DNA from: Asterias rubens
Lineage: Eukaryota
Direction: 5' to 3'
Assembly: GCF_902459465.1 (NCBI RefSeq)
Contig: NC_047070.1
Location: forward strand, 18,600,001-18,664,000
Length of the DNA stretch: 64,000 nucleotides
Made by a program: the position numbers and the translations under genes. This document shows, piece after piece, positions 24,291 to 38,119 of this stretch (position 1 is its first letter; each line of letters starts with the position of its first letter). Below the pieces are notes generated by a model that worked only from the letters and a program-made list of their open reading frames with translations, did no database searches and was not told the origin of the DNA.

Positions 24291-25295
24291 AGTCGTGGTT
24301 CCGAAGCGAGCCTATCTTGATGGACGAAACGATCATGTGGCATGTTGACTTGGATTAACGCTACACTCCAATACATCTTGACAGCCTTCACTGTTTTTAT
24401 AAGTCAGTAATTGCTCTCACGAAAAACTAGGGTTCTAGCGGCCTGTCACCCTAACATGCAATTTAAAGGCAAAGAGAACCAAAATGCAAGGTCATATTGT
24501 TTGTAATTCACTCAATTCACTCCCGGGTCAATCTGACCCAGAAATGGGTGAGGCCCTCAACCCGGACTCTGGGTCAATTCTCACAGACTGAAAGAGCCAT
24601 GCTGGTTTAACCGTGAATAAACAATAGTTTTAGGTCAAAATTATATAGACAACCATGAAAATCGTAGGTACAACAATCATCGCAAAGTTGAGTAGCATGC
24701 ATATTTCAACGCTTCTTTCTCCAAGGACGGGAGGCTGTGCATTTTCTTGTTTACGTTTATGGAATTTCAATAAAAAAATATTTAAAAAATAAATAAAAAC
24801 TAGACAAGAGACTCAGACTGGTATTTATTTCACACATCGATCACTCTCCCTTTGGTGTTTAATAATAAATAAGAGACAGAATTTGACCACTTCAATGAAG
24901 AACAAGCCCTTTATTTTAATATTTTAATATAAAGTGATATCAACATGTACAACAAAACTTGGTCTATTATTAATAATAAATATGCACATGTTAATAATTA
25001 ATTTGTTTAATATAATAGCATTTTCATATCGAAGTATGAACAGCAATTTACACCAAAATCTAGACAACATCTGAGCTTAATAATGGTATGAAATAGTATG
25101 TATAATTGCTCCAAACAATAATGCCATCAAAAATGATCTGGTCGAGAGCACGGGAGAGCTGTTGATATGACAACACATTTTTTGACACGACCCCTGGTCA
25201 TTGCCTAGTGCACTTGAAATGCTGCAGAAGAATTGGACACTTACCCCAGGGTACCATAGGAACTTACAACCAAAATCGAAGCATATACATGCCTG

Positions 25296-25557
25296 TTAAT
25301 GGGGTGTTTGCCCGCATGCTTCAAGCTTATCATAGCATGAGCTTATTGGTGTCAAAACAACGGAAACATTAATATATTTCAGCATGTGCTGGTAGCGGCC
25401 TTCAACTGCAATTACTTTTTCCCCAGAAGACGATCAGATCATACTGATCGAAACGTCGAGTTGAAACCAACGGTTCTTTTCAGAACCACCCCCAACTCAT
25501 TAGAGATAGTCATTACATGGTGTTACCGCAAGCCTTTCCATATCGTATTTCCACCAT
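25296..25557 (+). mobile_element. Penelope-like or retrozyme-like repeat containing a variant hammerhead
   Basis: CCAGAAGACGATCAG(ATCATA)CTGATCGAAACGTCGAG; sequence downstream aligns loosely with that following the motif at 16900. Confidence 0.55.
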
Positions 25558-26164
25558 TTCAAATCCTACTTTCAAATATTTATATAACATGGATCATCAT
25601 TATTGTATCTTTCTGGTTATGAAAACATGAGTCCCTATTATATTTATTGACCAAACCAACAGCGGACGAGCCGCCAATTACAGGAAAGGATACAACAAAA
25701 AACAATAAGAAATATTCATATAGCCTATATAAAAACAATCTGATATGTACACAAGTTAACAATTAAAATAGAATCATCTTAGGAAAGAAAATTAAAGCAT
25801 ACATTGAAGATTAAGTAAAATAAAATAGGGAACAGAAACAGACCACCATGAACGACTGTGAAAATATATTTAAAATAAATTTTAAAAGCAAAAGCCTACA
25901 TTAAATTATGAACAGAATAAACGATAAAAAGACAAGGGAAAACCCCCCCCCCCCCAAAAAACGATGTAAACAATACCAAATAAAATAAAACAAAACACTG
26001 TAAATACATGTATACATTAGTTACTGGAACAGGATATGGCACTCAAAACCTGACCACGAAATGAATTAAGAGAAGGGGCTCCGAACACATCTGACTGGAA
26101 TTGTAATCAGTGGGCCTGAAGATCACAAGAGTATACAGGTTTCAGTTTTAGGTGTCAGTGGAAT

Positions 26165-26275
26165 AATAATAACCAATAGGGACTGAACACTCAGGATCTG
26201 GTTCGGGATTCGAACCGGTGCCACGTAGGTGAAAGGCAGAGGAGGAACCACTGAAAGCCATCCTGAATGCCTAGT
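26165..26275 (-). mobile_element. tRNA-derived SINE (family 3) fragment
   Basis: Minus-strand GGTTCGAATCCC B-box; AGGGACTGAA and GGTGAAAGGCA segments shared with 8520-8660. Confidence 0.55.
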
Positions 26276-27116
26276 ATGAGAAAATAAAATAGTCCACTGC
26301 ACTGACCAACTTCGGTGGGAATCTAACCAACAACTCACATTATCAAATGACCAAGAAGAAACGGTCATACACGGTTCTGTTGCGGCTGCTTTGCTTCGAA
26401 ACTCCAACAAAAAAACCACCATTTTTTAGAAATGTTTTATTGTCTTTGTAAAGTAAGTTATCTAGCTTAGTTGCTTATTTATTTAAAATGAAAGACCGGG
26501 TAAGCCCTGTGTAAATTTGACTCAAAGTCATTAGAGAAACATAAATTTGCATTTCATTCGATGCTGGCCTTGAAACAATGCAGAAGTAATCTATTATGAA
26601 TATCCAATTTTTATACGAGTGCCCGATACCTATACCGGCTTCACCCTACCTTAAGTAGATAGCTTGGCGGGAAGCGACAACTGTTTTATCCCACCCCGTA
26701 TGTGGTAACTAATTTTACCACTGAATGAATACAGCGTTACTTTGATCTGAGGTCGTAAACGATGCTAGAGTATGCAAGTTGTTTCACCTAACCAAATTGG
26801 AAATCAAAAATGGAAAAAAAGAAGGGGAAGGAGAAGATCATTTGATGGCTTGCTGAGATGGGGCACGTACCTAGGCCTTGTTTGTCGCCTGTTAAACGAT
26901 CGAGTGTTTACAGTGAAGGAAATGCATGCGGTTTTGCCAGCGGTACTCAGGCCTTGCTCTCACGTAAATGTCGATTTGGAGTGTACAATTAAATTGACTA
27001 TAGACTTAATTTATATCCTTGTATTTAGGCTCATTTTTTTCTTTGTTTTTAAATCGTGACCCGGTTCTTCGAGCTGTATTGATCTAGAAAACATCTTCAC
27101 AATTTTAATCACACTT

Positions 27117-27175
27117 TTAACCCTATCGGGACTGGGTTTCTTTTTTGGACTTACGGGGACCGCGGGGCTCCGTGT
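27117..27175. mobile_element. Solo piggyBac-like terminus
   Basis: TTAA-CCCT start (TTAACCCTATCGGGACTGGG); no matching right end seen. Confidence 0.35.
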
Positions 27176-27326
27176 TTGCCAAAGTTCTCGAGTGATTTTT
27201 ATGAAACTTGCCGAAAATATTTTCAAGTTTACCACGTTCTACATGATGACCGCCTAAAAAGACATACAATATTTACGCTGAAGAAAAATCTACGAAACAC
27301 ATTGTTTTGTCGAAATCTCAACAGTA

Positions 27327-27545
27327 AAACACTTGTGCCCTTGAGCAAGGCACCTAACCATAATTGCTTCTCTCCAACCAGGCTTCTATGTGGATAACCC
27401 ATGCCCATATCCTATCGGACTGCGAAGGGGAGTAACTCTGTTTCTGCCCCATGTATGTGACAAAGTGCCCCTGGTGACAGTTGATTTGGGTCGACAGCCA
27501 AAATCAGTTCAATGCAACCCCACCTTAAATTGGCCGTCCGCCCTT
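27327..27545 (+). mobile_element. SINE (family 1) core and 3' part, head missing
   Basis: ACACTTGTGCCCTTGAGCAAGGCACCTAACCATAATTGCTTCTCTCCA is the reverse complement of the core at 3921-3990. Confidence 0.7.
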
Positions 27546-29295
27546 GCGATTTTAGGCGAACACAAATAAACGACCCTTTGACAAACGAAAATAAGACATA
27601 ACTCTACAATCAGAAAAGGGAAAATTGGCTAAAAGAAAACGGAAAAACCAGCACACAGATGGAAACATTGATTTAGAAAAACATCGATTTCTTTTTGAAC
27701 GAATTTCAGGTTTAAATTTATTTTGTAGCAAATGGATTTTATTTTTGTGCATAAGCACTTTAGCATTCACTACAGTCATCGATGACCTACAAAATGTATT
27801 CCTTTTGTTGAAAGGCAAATTAGATTAGTCCGACCAACTGGAAAACTGAGATAGATAAACAGTCGGATTTGACATGGTGGTGAATCTTTGAAATCATTTT
27901 CCCCTTGTCTTTTTTTAAAAGGTCCTTTTACATTTAATTTTCAATACTTTGTTTTGTCAGCGACCCAAATTACATCATAATATTAAAATGAGTAAAACAG
28001 ATATATTGCGGAAGCAGACGTAGAGATGTTTCAATTTTGGATAGATTGTATTTTTATATTAATCAACCAAGAATTAAAATTTACATGGAAAGTGAATTGT
28101 TTGATGTTTTCCTGGTTGTTTGGTATAACGAATCTATATGGAACATTTTGTTTAGGGGTGGGCGCAGGGGATGGGGTTAAAAAAGACCATGATTCTTACC
28201 CAAAATGTCACAGGCCTTGCTCAGTTTTTCAAGTCCTTCACCAGTTTTGGTAAAATAAACAAAGGGGTCATTTTACAAGGTTCAATAACGGGGTTGTAAA
28301 CTTCAAACTGGAGCAGTACCGCGGATGAATTATAGGCCATTATTTTAAGCTCAAGTAGTGTTTTTTATATTGTTACGCAAATGGAAGGCAACCACCTAAA
28401 AATGAACAGAGGTTGGCAAACTTAAGTCAATGAATAATTGTCTTTTTTATTTCAAGCGACTATAAGTCTTTCAAATATTTTTATGTTGGAGTACTAGTCA
28501 TAGTTTATAAGTGAACATGGTGTACACCACACCTTGGCCCCACACAAGTATGTACATATGTACATAGTATTCCTTTTGTCCAATAACCTCAGCATCATTA
28601 CATCAATAAACAGAAGCAAGGCCAACCCAATGTTCCAATAAAGCCATTAACAATTCAATGATCAATCTAAATACCCCAACCGAGGTAGTACACAGACAGA
28701 TTGTTTTTAGAGATAATATTCCGTATGAAACACCATCGTTAAATATAAACAACTTTGATACCTTTTTTTAAAAAACGTAATGTATAGACGATGTGACCTG
28801 AGACATCACATGTTTACAAAAGAGCCACAGAGCCTGGACTTCCTGCAGGCACGATTTGTACACAGCCTTAAAGAAGAAAACATAAAAGTCTTATATTTTA
28901 TGAAGATTGCACTGTCGAATTCTAATTCAACTTTTGATATGATGAAAGGGGCACATCTCAAAACTTGTCCAGCTTTTACTTTAAATCATAACTCTTGGAT
29001 ATGAGGAAATTATGACAAAAAATGCAAACTTTCCCATATTATGACCAAGCAGTACAGTTTCTTGTCTGCCAGAATACATAAAGAATGCACAAGGTCACAC
29101 TAATTGTTAACAAAGTTCACACGGTCTATCAACATTTTGTGGAATTGAAGATACCAGTTTTCAGAGATTTACACACGACCTACATGGTATCAAATATGTA
29201 TAAAAATGGCCATGCTTTTTTACAACTTTCGCGTGGCTTCAATAGCCTATAAAATACGGATGAAGTCTGACGTCTGCCTGTAGGAGAGCTATATT

Positions 29296-29655
29296 GTCTA
29301 CGTTTGGTATCAATTTCAACATAACTGGCAACAAAGACTTAGAAGCCTCAGCAGCTTTCGATAGGCCTAGTATAAACATTTTGAGAAACATTTCAATTAG
29401 AAGTATTGTTATGTAAAAAGGTTTCGGTAAATTTGAGAACCGTTATTTCAGTAACGTTTGTCACATGTGTATTCCTTTTAGGGAATTATTCTTCCTGCGT
29501 GGACATAACTACTCCGAGTTTTCGGCCATATCTAAAAAACGTGACCACCTTTTGAAATGAAATGTTCACACGTAAGTTTTATTGTATACATCTACATTTA
29601 AAATAAGGTTAAAACAATCGAACGGTTCCAAAAAACAAAGCCTTTCAAAGCAAGT
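29296..29655. mobile_element. Old MITE related to families A/B
   Basis: Patchy similarity (TACGTTTGGT, AAACATTTTGAGAAA, AAATGTTCACAC...TTTTATTGTATACAT); termini eroded. Confidence 0.35.
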
Positions 29656-30071
29656 CATTGTCTTGTCTCTGCTTCGTTGATGCTGTAACTCTATGGTTAG
29701 TGTTGTCACTCTTTATAACCCATGTGAGTTCTAGATAAAATGATCCACCCCCCCCCCCCCCCGATAACAATAATTACTCTGATTTGTCTTTAAAGGTGTA
29801 AACACACCATTATATAATAATTCCACGCATTTAATTTTAATATTACAAGACTTGACTTCTATATTTGACATCTTCGAGGTTATGCATCATTGCTCATTAG
29901 ACCTACTTCACCAGATTAAGGAAATATAGGCTAGCACAAACATGCGGTAAAACATCAACCTCTTTAAGGCACCTTCAAACACCATCCCTTCCATAATAAA
30001 CCTCAGCTGTACAAACAATGAGCATCAACTATTGTTGTATAATATGGCATTAATGTGAAACGCCCACACTT

Positions 30072-30461
30072 TTAAAGACACTGGATACTATTGGTAATTA
30101 TCAAAAACCAATCTTCTCACTTGGTGTATCTCAACATATGCATAAAATAACAAACCTGTGAAAATTTGAGCTCGATTGGTCGTCGAAGTTGCGAGAGAAT
30201 AATGGAAGAAAAATCGCCTTTGTTGCTAAGGTTGTTTGCTTTCAGATGCTTGATTTCGAGACCTCAAAATCTAATTCTGAGATCTCGAAATCAAATTCAA
30301 ATATTTAAGTGAGAAATTGCTTCTTTCTTAAAAACTGAACTTTACTTCAGAGAGAGCTGTTTCTCACAATGTTTTATACCATCAACAGCTCTCCATTACC
30401 AAGTAAGGTTTTAAGCTAATAATTATTTTGAGTAGTTACCAATATTGTCCACTGCCTTTAA
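30072..30461. mobile_element. Kolobok-like MITE family A, complete, reverse orientation
   Basis: TTAA at 30072-5 and 30458-61; both TIRs; internal hairpin TTGATTTCGAGA...TCTCGAAATCAA. Confidence 0.92.
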
Positions 30462-31765
30462 CGACAACTAACCCACAGATGTAACGCCCACCCTTTTAGA
30501 GACTACCCGTTTAAAAAAGACTTATGCGTTCAACTGATCTCAAACCGATGGGCAAGGCTGCCGAAGGGTGTGTTCAATTGATTGATCTGACCTACTTACA
30601 TTGTTCGCGACTAAAGACCGGCATGAACAGCGACAAAACGATTTCATCGACAACATTTTTAATTTCACAAGGTTTTCTCGTCAATTTGGTTCATCTAAGC
30701 CGTTAGTGCATTTCAGTGTGCGACTCCTTCCAGCAAGGCCAAAGTTCCTTTCAGATCGCATAATGGCGAACGATGTTTTGCTAATGCAACGTTGCGCACT
30801 AAATATTTCCGTAGCATTGTGTAGCATGTTGATTGGTTTTTCTTAGTTTTACTTAAATTCAATTCATCTACCCTTGCAATATATCCATCCTTTTTAAATC
30901 TCTTATATATAACTGACCAACATATCACAAACTCTTTATCCACTGCCTCTCTTTACATCAGTCTTTTCGAATACACGTCTTCGGTTCAAGATTCGGCTCA
31001 GGCCAGCTTGACCCCGCGGTTGTTTTGACAAATTGTGCGTGCTTTGCGTACGCACTCATAGCTTCAGACGATAGGACGGAGCAAAGCCGTGGTTTCGAAA
31101 GGGCCATAGTTCAAATCCCACTAACTCACTCCCTCATAAGTAACCATAGCATTCCTTTGTCAAACTCGTCTCATCCCTTTCTAGTATTCCCGCCATCTTA
31201 TACATTCCAGCACTCAGTCTTCAAGTCTTACTATGTTGGACATGAAGGGACATCGTTAATCGCAACATATTTGCGATGTACATTCAGGGCCATCGTATCA
31301 AACAAACTCCAGACTCTCTATATACATTCAACGACACAACCTTGTATACATCGTATCAAACTATTCTCAAGTCAAATATGAATAAATCCCACTTCCAAAC
31401 CAATCCATCACCCTCATGTTCCTTTTACCCAACAGTAATAAGAAAACGGTCTATCTGTGCAGCTTAAAAAGGGAGCCAGACTTAGTTTGCTTTCTCTGGT
31501 TTTGTTTTGCATGAGAGAAGAAACAAAAAGTCATGAAATGACTTTCATAACCGTCGTCATAATCCCGTATTAACACAACAGCAATAAGAGTATAGACTGG
31601 GAGCCATACCTATTTTGCCCTTCTGAGTCTCGTTCGGGTTTTTGAGAGAACAATAAGATGACTGCCGTTAGGTAAAACCTAATAAGACGTGAACAATTTC
31701 ACCTGCTTCATATTCGGACTCCCCCACCCTGGAGATTCAACTATACGGACATCCTTCTTTAATAC

Positions 31766-31890
31766 CAGGGTCCAATTTCATGGAGCTTGCACAACCAAAG
31801 TTTGCAGAGCAGAAAGGGGTAACCAGCCAAAATACCATGTCACTTGTACCAAGTAGACTGGTTTCCCGCTTATTTTGGCTAAGTAGGCAT
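31766..31890. mobile_element. MITE family E fragment
   Basis: CAGGGTCCAATTTCATGGAGCT...GGTAACCAGCCAAAATA, shared with 34910 and 40752 copies. Confidence 0.6.
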
Positions 31891-32974
31891 TATTGTACGG
31901 AACTTCAAAGGCAACAAATAATATCAGAGAAAACACAAAGTATCTATACTCGACATTCCTAGCAACGGTTGCCATAGCTATTAGTGGGAGAGACAGGATT
32001 GTTGATTGAGTGGATGTATTGGGGGGCACGGGACTTTCTCGTGACTAGGAACATTCACAATATCTGTCACATCTGACCGATTTTGTCAAGGGCAAGTTAA
32101 CACCCTAAACCCATTGGTGAAATGCCGCTCCGGTGTTTGCACGTGAAATATTTACTAAAATGTTCAATATTGAGGATGCCCGAGTAATATTCACGGCACA
32201 TAACACAAGGTGTGTGGGCGAAATGCGGCATATAAAATGAGATGGCTCTATATGGCTTGAGGCAATTAGCTGCCACGCAGTTCTGGGTTAAAGTTAGATA
32301 CAAGTAAATGATATTTTGATAATGGCACAGTACTGCATTGTTTTTTTGATTTGTTTACATCCCATAAGATCAGTAGAGCTTTTGCTTAGAAGCAGGCACC
32401 TATTAACCAATCTATAACTGCCCTCTTTTCATCCCAGTGAACATGAACGAACATGACAATCGTAAATATAAGACACCAATCGTATACTCTTCAGTTATAC
32501 ATATTATTTGCTGGTTTCTAGAATTGTACACGACGTATACTCCTTTTCCTCACCACTCTATCCCAACAATCTTCACAAAAATGTTCATCCATGTCATTTC
32601 CCAGTTTTAAACTACCGGGAAAAAATTGTCCCCCAAAACAATCGAACACGACTCACTGCCTATTGCTTTTTCCAAGATGTCCTCATTCCAGTTATCCTCG
32701 TCCTAATTCACCCTTAATCGCACCTTTCCCCCTCAATTCATCTCCATTCATTGCTTCCTTTTTCCTCGTAATGACGGCTCTTATTGATTCTTCTTCACTT
32801 TGAGTGCACCCTATTTGTCCTCGCAGTCAATTGACACAGTTTCCATCTCATTTTTATCCCTCTCCCCTCATTTGTCATATCGCGTCATCCCACATTCACT
32901 GTACCATAATAGGCCTTTTCATTCTCTGTTTAAAACCAGTGTTGTTCTTAAGTGCGGCAGTCTTCCGTCAAACT

Positions 32975-33425
32975 GAAGTAAGTGTTTTGAGAATTCCCCC
33001 ATCGAAACTGGCCGCTAATCCAAACAGTTTTGTTAGTGGACATGTCCACAGCGGACTGCTAATAACTTCATCTGGGATTAAAGGAGAAAGTTCTGATACA
33101 TTATTGTGTTTTGAACGAAGACACAAAATCACACAGTTCATCAATTACTCCTGTTCTCAACAAACCCACCAAGTTAAACATTTTGTCATCCTAGCAGTCT
33201 TCTTCAAAGCTATACTATTACTACATGATAGGTGGAGCAGACAGTGTTCATGTTTTGCGTTATCAACCATAGCACATGAAAGAACAACCCAGTTTTAGTT
33301 TGGCCTTAACTCGTTGTGGGAGTCAGGAGAAAAAAAGTGGGAAATCATGCACAATTTCCAGTGTGTCCTCAATGTTGATTGTCACAACTGAAATCAGCTC
33401 GAGTGTTTTTGATGTTTTCATATAC
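32975..33425 (-). mobile_element. Decayed RTE-clade LINE ORF2 fragment
   Basis: Across frameshifts the minus strand gives TINIEDTLEIVHDF, VVLS..YG, T*TL, LKK.LLG, RCGHVH and DGGILK in the order of the RTE motifs TLEVVxDF, VLSTLLYG, ETWTL, CLRRLLG, RWLGHV, DGRIPK. Confidence 0.7.
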
Positions 33426-34909
33426 AAATTAATTTCAGAGGGGAACTATTTCAAAGAACAAACATTCTGGTATATGAATTTAATAATCAGTCAGCTTTAC
33501 AGACGGAATTTTGTTTGTATCTTTACCAATCCTGAATAATACCTTTAAACACACAGTCGCATTAGGTCACGTCTGCAGAACTGCCACAGACAGGTTCGCA
33601 TACAATTTCTACGAATCAGGTTATACGCTTTTAGACCCACTCTTTAAATTGTCATCATTCTCAACGCTACCACCTGAACACATCCTTGAATGTTTAAAGG
33701 GAATCATACGTCAATGTTTTGCAATCCTTTTGCCTCTGCTTCGGTAAAGGTTAAGATTTAAGTTTTGTACGTCACACTTTGAACATGGCTACTGGGACCA
33801 GATCCCAGAATTTCGGAAAGGCACCCTGCAGCAGCAACCCCTTTCCCCTATTATCTCATTAATTTCTCCTTTATCATTCTTATCATTCCATCTATATACA
33901 CGCCAAACAGTACATGGAAGAAACGCACCAATTCACATAATTCGCATCCCTATCTGGAGATGTCCAACATTCATTCCCTCATGCCTCTTCATTTACATTC
34001 TTCCAATCCACGCAAATACCCTTGTGGTACAACCCTCTCCTTGGATCTCCCGTGGAGACCGTTTGCTCTACTGCCATCTATTGGACCCTCAGACTGGCCC
34101 TCCTGGCACCGATCACTCAGTCCCCTCGATCCCTCATACATACATCAAGCTCACTAATGCCCTCCCACCCTCAATCATTGGTTTGTGAAAAGGTTGACGT
34201 ATGAAGAATGTTGACTTGCTTGTCTTCTGTCTCCATGATGTAGTAAATAAAATAAAAAGACACCGACTGTACACAGTATTCAAAATCATGTTATTTACAG
34301 GTATAATTCATCTGATCATGACTACAACGTCATTAGTGCATGTTGTATTATGCATAATATTTCGGTATTTCGGAGCTCCTGACCACTGAAGAGTGGTCTT
34401 CAAAGAATTTGTTTGGCAAAAATAAACGTTCATTAATATTTAAAACTAACTAATTTATCATTATGAGTATGGGTATATGAAGTTGCAATAAATTGCCCTA
34501 TTTTCAGTTTGTTTTGTCGCCGGGGAGTTTTTTTGTTTGATTGTTTTTTATCATCATTATCATCATCAATAATGTACAATACCGTTAAACCAACCACTCA
34601 CATTTCCACAAATTTCGAAACACAAACTGAAACATTCAAGCATAGCAAACTCAGTGTTTCAACCTACGTACACACTCGCTTTACTCCTTTAAATAAGCAC
34701 GTTGTCCATGACTTGTAATACACAAATGGGAAAGGTGAACTAGTAACTCTCAACTTTTTTGTCTATTCCAAAACCGTTCCGGGCCGGGACTGACCTGACG
34801 AAAAGTGCCCGTTTAAGAGCCAGCAATTTCCGTTCGGTTTTTTTTTTTTTTTTTGGGGGGGGGGGGCGGGGGTCAAGTAAACCCGGAATCATCTCTGACT
34901 CGAACACCA

Positions 34910-35061
34910 TGGCCCAATTTTCCAAAGCGCATAATGTAGCTTAGCACATACAAAATTATGCTCACCGGAAAAAAGGTTAGCATGCTAAGAACCAAGTACA
35001 ATCTGTGTCTGGTCTATTGCTTAGCAGAAAGTTGCTAAGCAGCTCTACGCAACTTGGCCCC
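34910..35061. mobile_element. MITE family E
   Basis: Inverted ends TGGCCCAATTT / GCAGCTCTACGCAACTTGGCCCC; internal GCTTAGCA/TGCTAAGC motifs. Confidence 0.65.
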
Positions 35062-36344
35062 GGTCAGTGCAACCCTGAGAACGGTTCACTCTCCCCCATG
35101 ACTCTGCCACTGGGAACCCTTCACATGGTCCATTCGGGACCTTCGTTTACTCAACAAACACCAATTCACTTTTAATTTACTCAATGAATAATTCAAGTAA
35201 TGGGGAGTGATAACTTCCCAGCAAACGTACTCTTAAGTAGGGATTAAAGCCAGACCCGTCAACACAATTATTTGCCTCCGACTGATCAGATGTCAGAATA
35301 GTTTTTAGATTGAAGTGTCCCTCAAGGACCAATCGGAGCGCTAAAGGCGGTTCAAAATGTTTAATTGTTGGACTTTTATATTTTAAGAGAATCATAACGC
35401 TTGTAAGGATGCCTTTTATAAATCAGAATAAAAAGCCACTTCTACTGGCGAATGGCACAATCAGTTCAAGATCTATTCAAGACGGCTGTACAACCCATCA
35501 CGTACAATCTTATACATGAGATCAGATTCAAAAGCCCCTTTTGTGTTTGAAGAAGAAAATCTCAGTTGGTCATACATTTTGTAAAAGAGACAAAATCTTA
35601 AGTGGAGATAAGCAGAGAATATGACCAGCAATTAGTCTGCGATTTTGTCCAATTATACAAGCACAACACGGACTTACGTATGTCGTCGTTGTTTGGATGA
35701 AAACAAGCTTCGTAGCGGGGTGTCGTTGCTACTAGTTACCGGTATGTCGCAAGGTAATTCATAACCCTCATTCCTATTGATCTGTTTTCGGAATATGGTT
35801 ATCTTTGAGATTGCATCTTTTTTTTGCTTCTTATTTTATAAGAAACACCGGGAGACAAGTGGTGTTCCTCTGCAAGAAAATCCCAATGGCTCTTTCAAAA
35901 CCAATACAAGACAACAAAAAATGGAAACAAAATATGTTAGGTATTGAGTAATCAACGCAATACTCAGCTGGCCGTGCCATCATTTTAACATGAGCGAAAA
36001 ACTAAAAATAGTCATTGCTATTAAAAATAGTCATTTCCCACTCCACTTGACTTTTTACACAAAATTTCCAGATTAATAACTACCATACTTCTAACAGCAA
36101 ACAACAAGAACGCAGCATTTTGAGATTTGTTTTCCTCCAAACGCTTGAAGCAATCTCGATTCATGTGTCAATACAGTGGATTACATTTCATAAGCAACAT
36201 CATTGGTTTTTTTTGTAATTTTTTTCCAACATACTTGACAGTTGACTTTGAAAACAAGTGTTTTTACCCCAATAAGAAAGCCGCGTGTTTACAATACAAC
36301 CATGCATAAACATTAGAGTTATTTCTTCTGTTTGTCCCGTAGTC

Positions 36345-36450
36345 GCTAAATGGCATTCAGGTTGGCCTCGGGGTTTATACCCTGCCTTTCATCTCCGTCG
36401 ACCCCGGTTCGAACCCTCATCTTAGACCGAAGCCTCGTATTAGTCCCTAT
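36345..36450 (+). mobile_element. tRNA-derived SINE (family 3) head fragment
   Basis: GCATTCAGGTTGGC...TGCCTTTCATCTC...CCCGGTTCGAACCC, reverse complement of the 26165 fragment. Confidence 0.5.
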
Positions 36451-38119
36451 AAGGTTCTAGTTGTGGTCCAACCCACATCTTAAACTCAAGATTTATTACA
36501 ATTCTTTCTACTTTGTGGCCCAATGGTTACAGTTCAAATCTTTTAGGGATTTCACTATCAACAGATTTATATTTAAAAAAAAAATGATAATAACAATAAC
36601 AACAACATCAGGATTAGTAACTGTGTATTTTTGTTTCAGTGATGTGGATTTTTTTCCTTAAAAAATTACCCTTTGTCATTATAATTTTTTGTTAAAATCG
36701 CGTTTTGGCATTCATGGTTTACTTATTGATTGCTTTCACATTGATCAAGGCGAGACTCAATTTTATTCACAACATTGCGTGGGTATTAGAGAGCCCAACA
36801 TTTGCATTATTGTTTTTTGTTTCAATTAGTGCGGTTTGCAATTGAGTTACGACTATAAAAAAAAACATGCAACGCATGCATCGAACGAAGACACTAACAA
36901 TCAGGTCAGATTCATTTGCAATTTGTCTTGATAAGAGTCGGATGTTTTTCGATTAAGACACCCCGCCTTATTAGATCACTGTGTATCCGTTAACTAATTA
37001 GTCCATGTATCTAATTAAATAAGTTAACCACCGATGAATTATACTGTCAAAACGGTTTGTCATCTACATACAACGCGATACTCCAGAGGTAATTAGTGTT
37101 TTCGTGCCGAGATGTTTTATGAATGATGTTTAAGTATATAAAATATCAATTAGAAATCGCGAAACCGTGCATTCGGTTGAATTAATTGACCAGCTTAAAC
37201 TCATGAATGAATAACTAATCTTCGCTAATTGCGGGTGTAATCATTAAATAATTGTACAGTTTGTTTAAAACACTGGTCTGGTTGAGCAATCTTAGATGTG
37301 TGGTATATCAATGATCATTCGTGTATATACATGTACACCAGCTTTTAATATTAAAAAACTCAGGATACAACCAAAGTGAACATTTCACCAATGCGTTTTG
37401 AAGGAAAAGGAGCATTTGAATTCAGGCATGCTCGTATTGAGGCCATCATGATTTGCCGGTGAAAAAGGGAGAGAGTTGGTGGCCCTGTCTTGTAAATTGG
37501 CAGGTATTCGACATATTTATAAGGAAAATTCGTCATACAACCAAAAGTAGCATAGAGGGCATTTTCATCAAACGTGTTTTTGCACCCTTGCAGCGTTTTT
37601 ACCAAAACAGTGATATCTAAATGAAGGTTAAAGACTTGCATTTTGTTTCCACTTTCATAAGGTCCCAATGTTTTAGATAATGAGTGAATGACAAAACTTA
37701 ATTCAACATTGAAGCCCTTTTTAAAAACAAACCAAATAAATGTTATTTTCAAAACATTTTGCAAATTCTTTGTTTGCAAGAACCTGACTCATTTTGGCTC
37801 AACGTCTTCAAAGTATTCTTAGACTTACCAATTTGTAATTTAAATCTTACATACTTCATGGCTGTTAAAAAAGGCTGTTGGTAATGCTAAATCATTCGTT
37901 TCTAGCCCGCAAAAAATACTAAGCCACTTTACATTTTTGCTGTTTACACTTTTGCTTACACACTCGTGACAAACAACGCATACCAGTCACCCATCGCTTG
38001 TTACATAGAAAACTAAAACATTACTCTAAAAAGATACTCTTGATACAAAATAATGCTTCCCACCACCAGCTTCAATACTTTGTCATATGTTAAGTGTACA
38101 GTAAATAGTAAACGGCTTG

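Noticed and set aside
24130-24336. Pro-Lys/Pro-Glu or RL-repeat protein
   Set aside because: Hexamer low-complexity DNA; the plus frame has stops and the minus ORF is its shadow.
32804-33539. 164-aa and 87-aa plus-strand ORFs
   Set aside because: They are antisense to the decayed RTE fragment and have no domain features.
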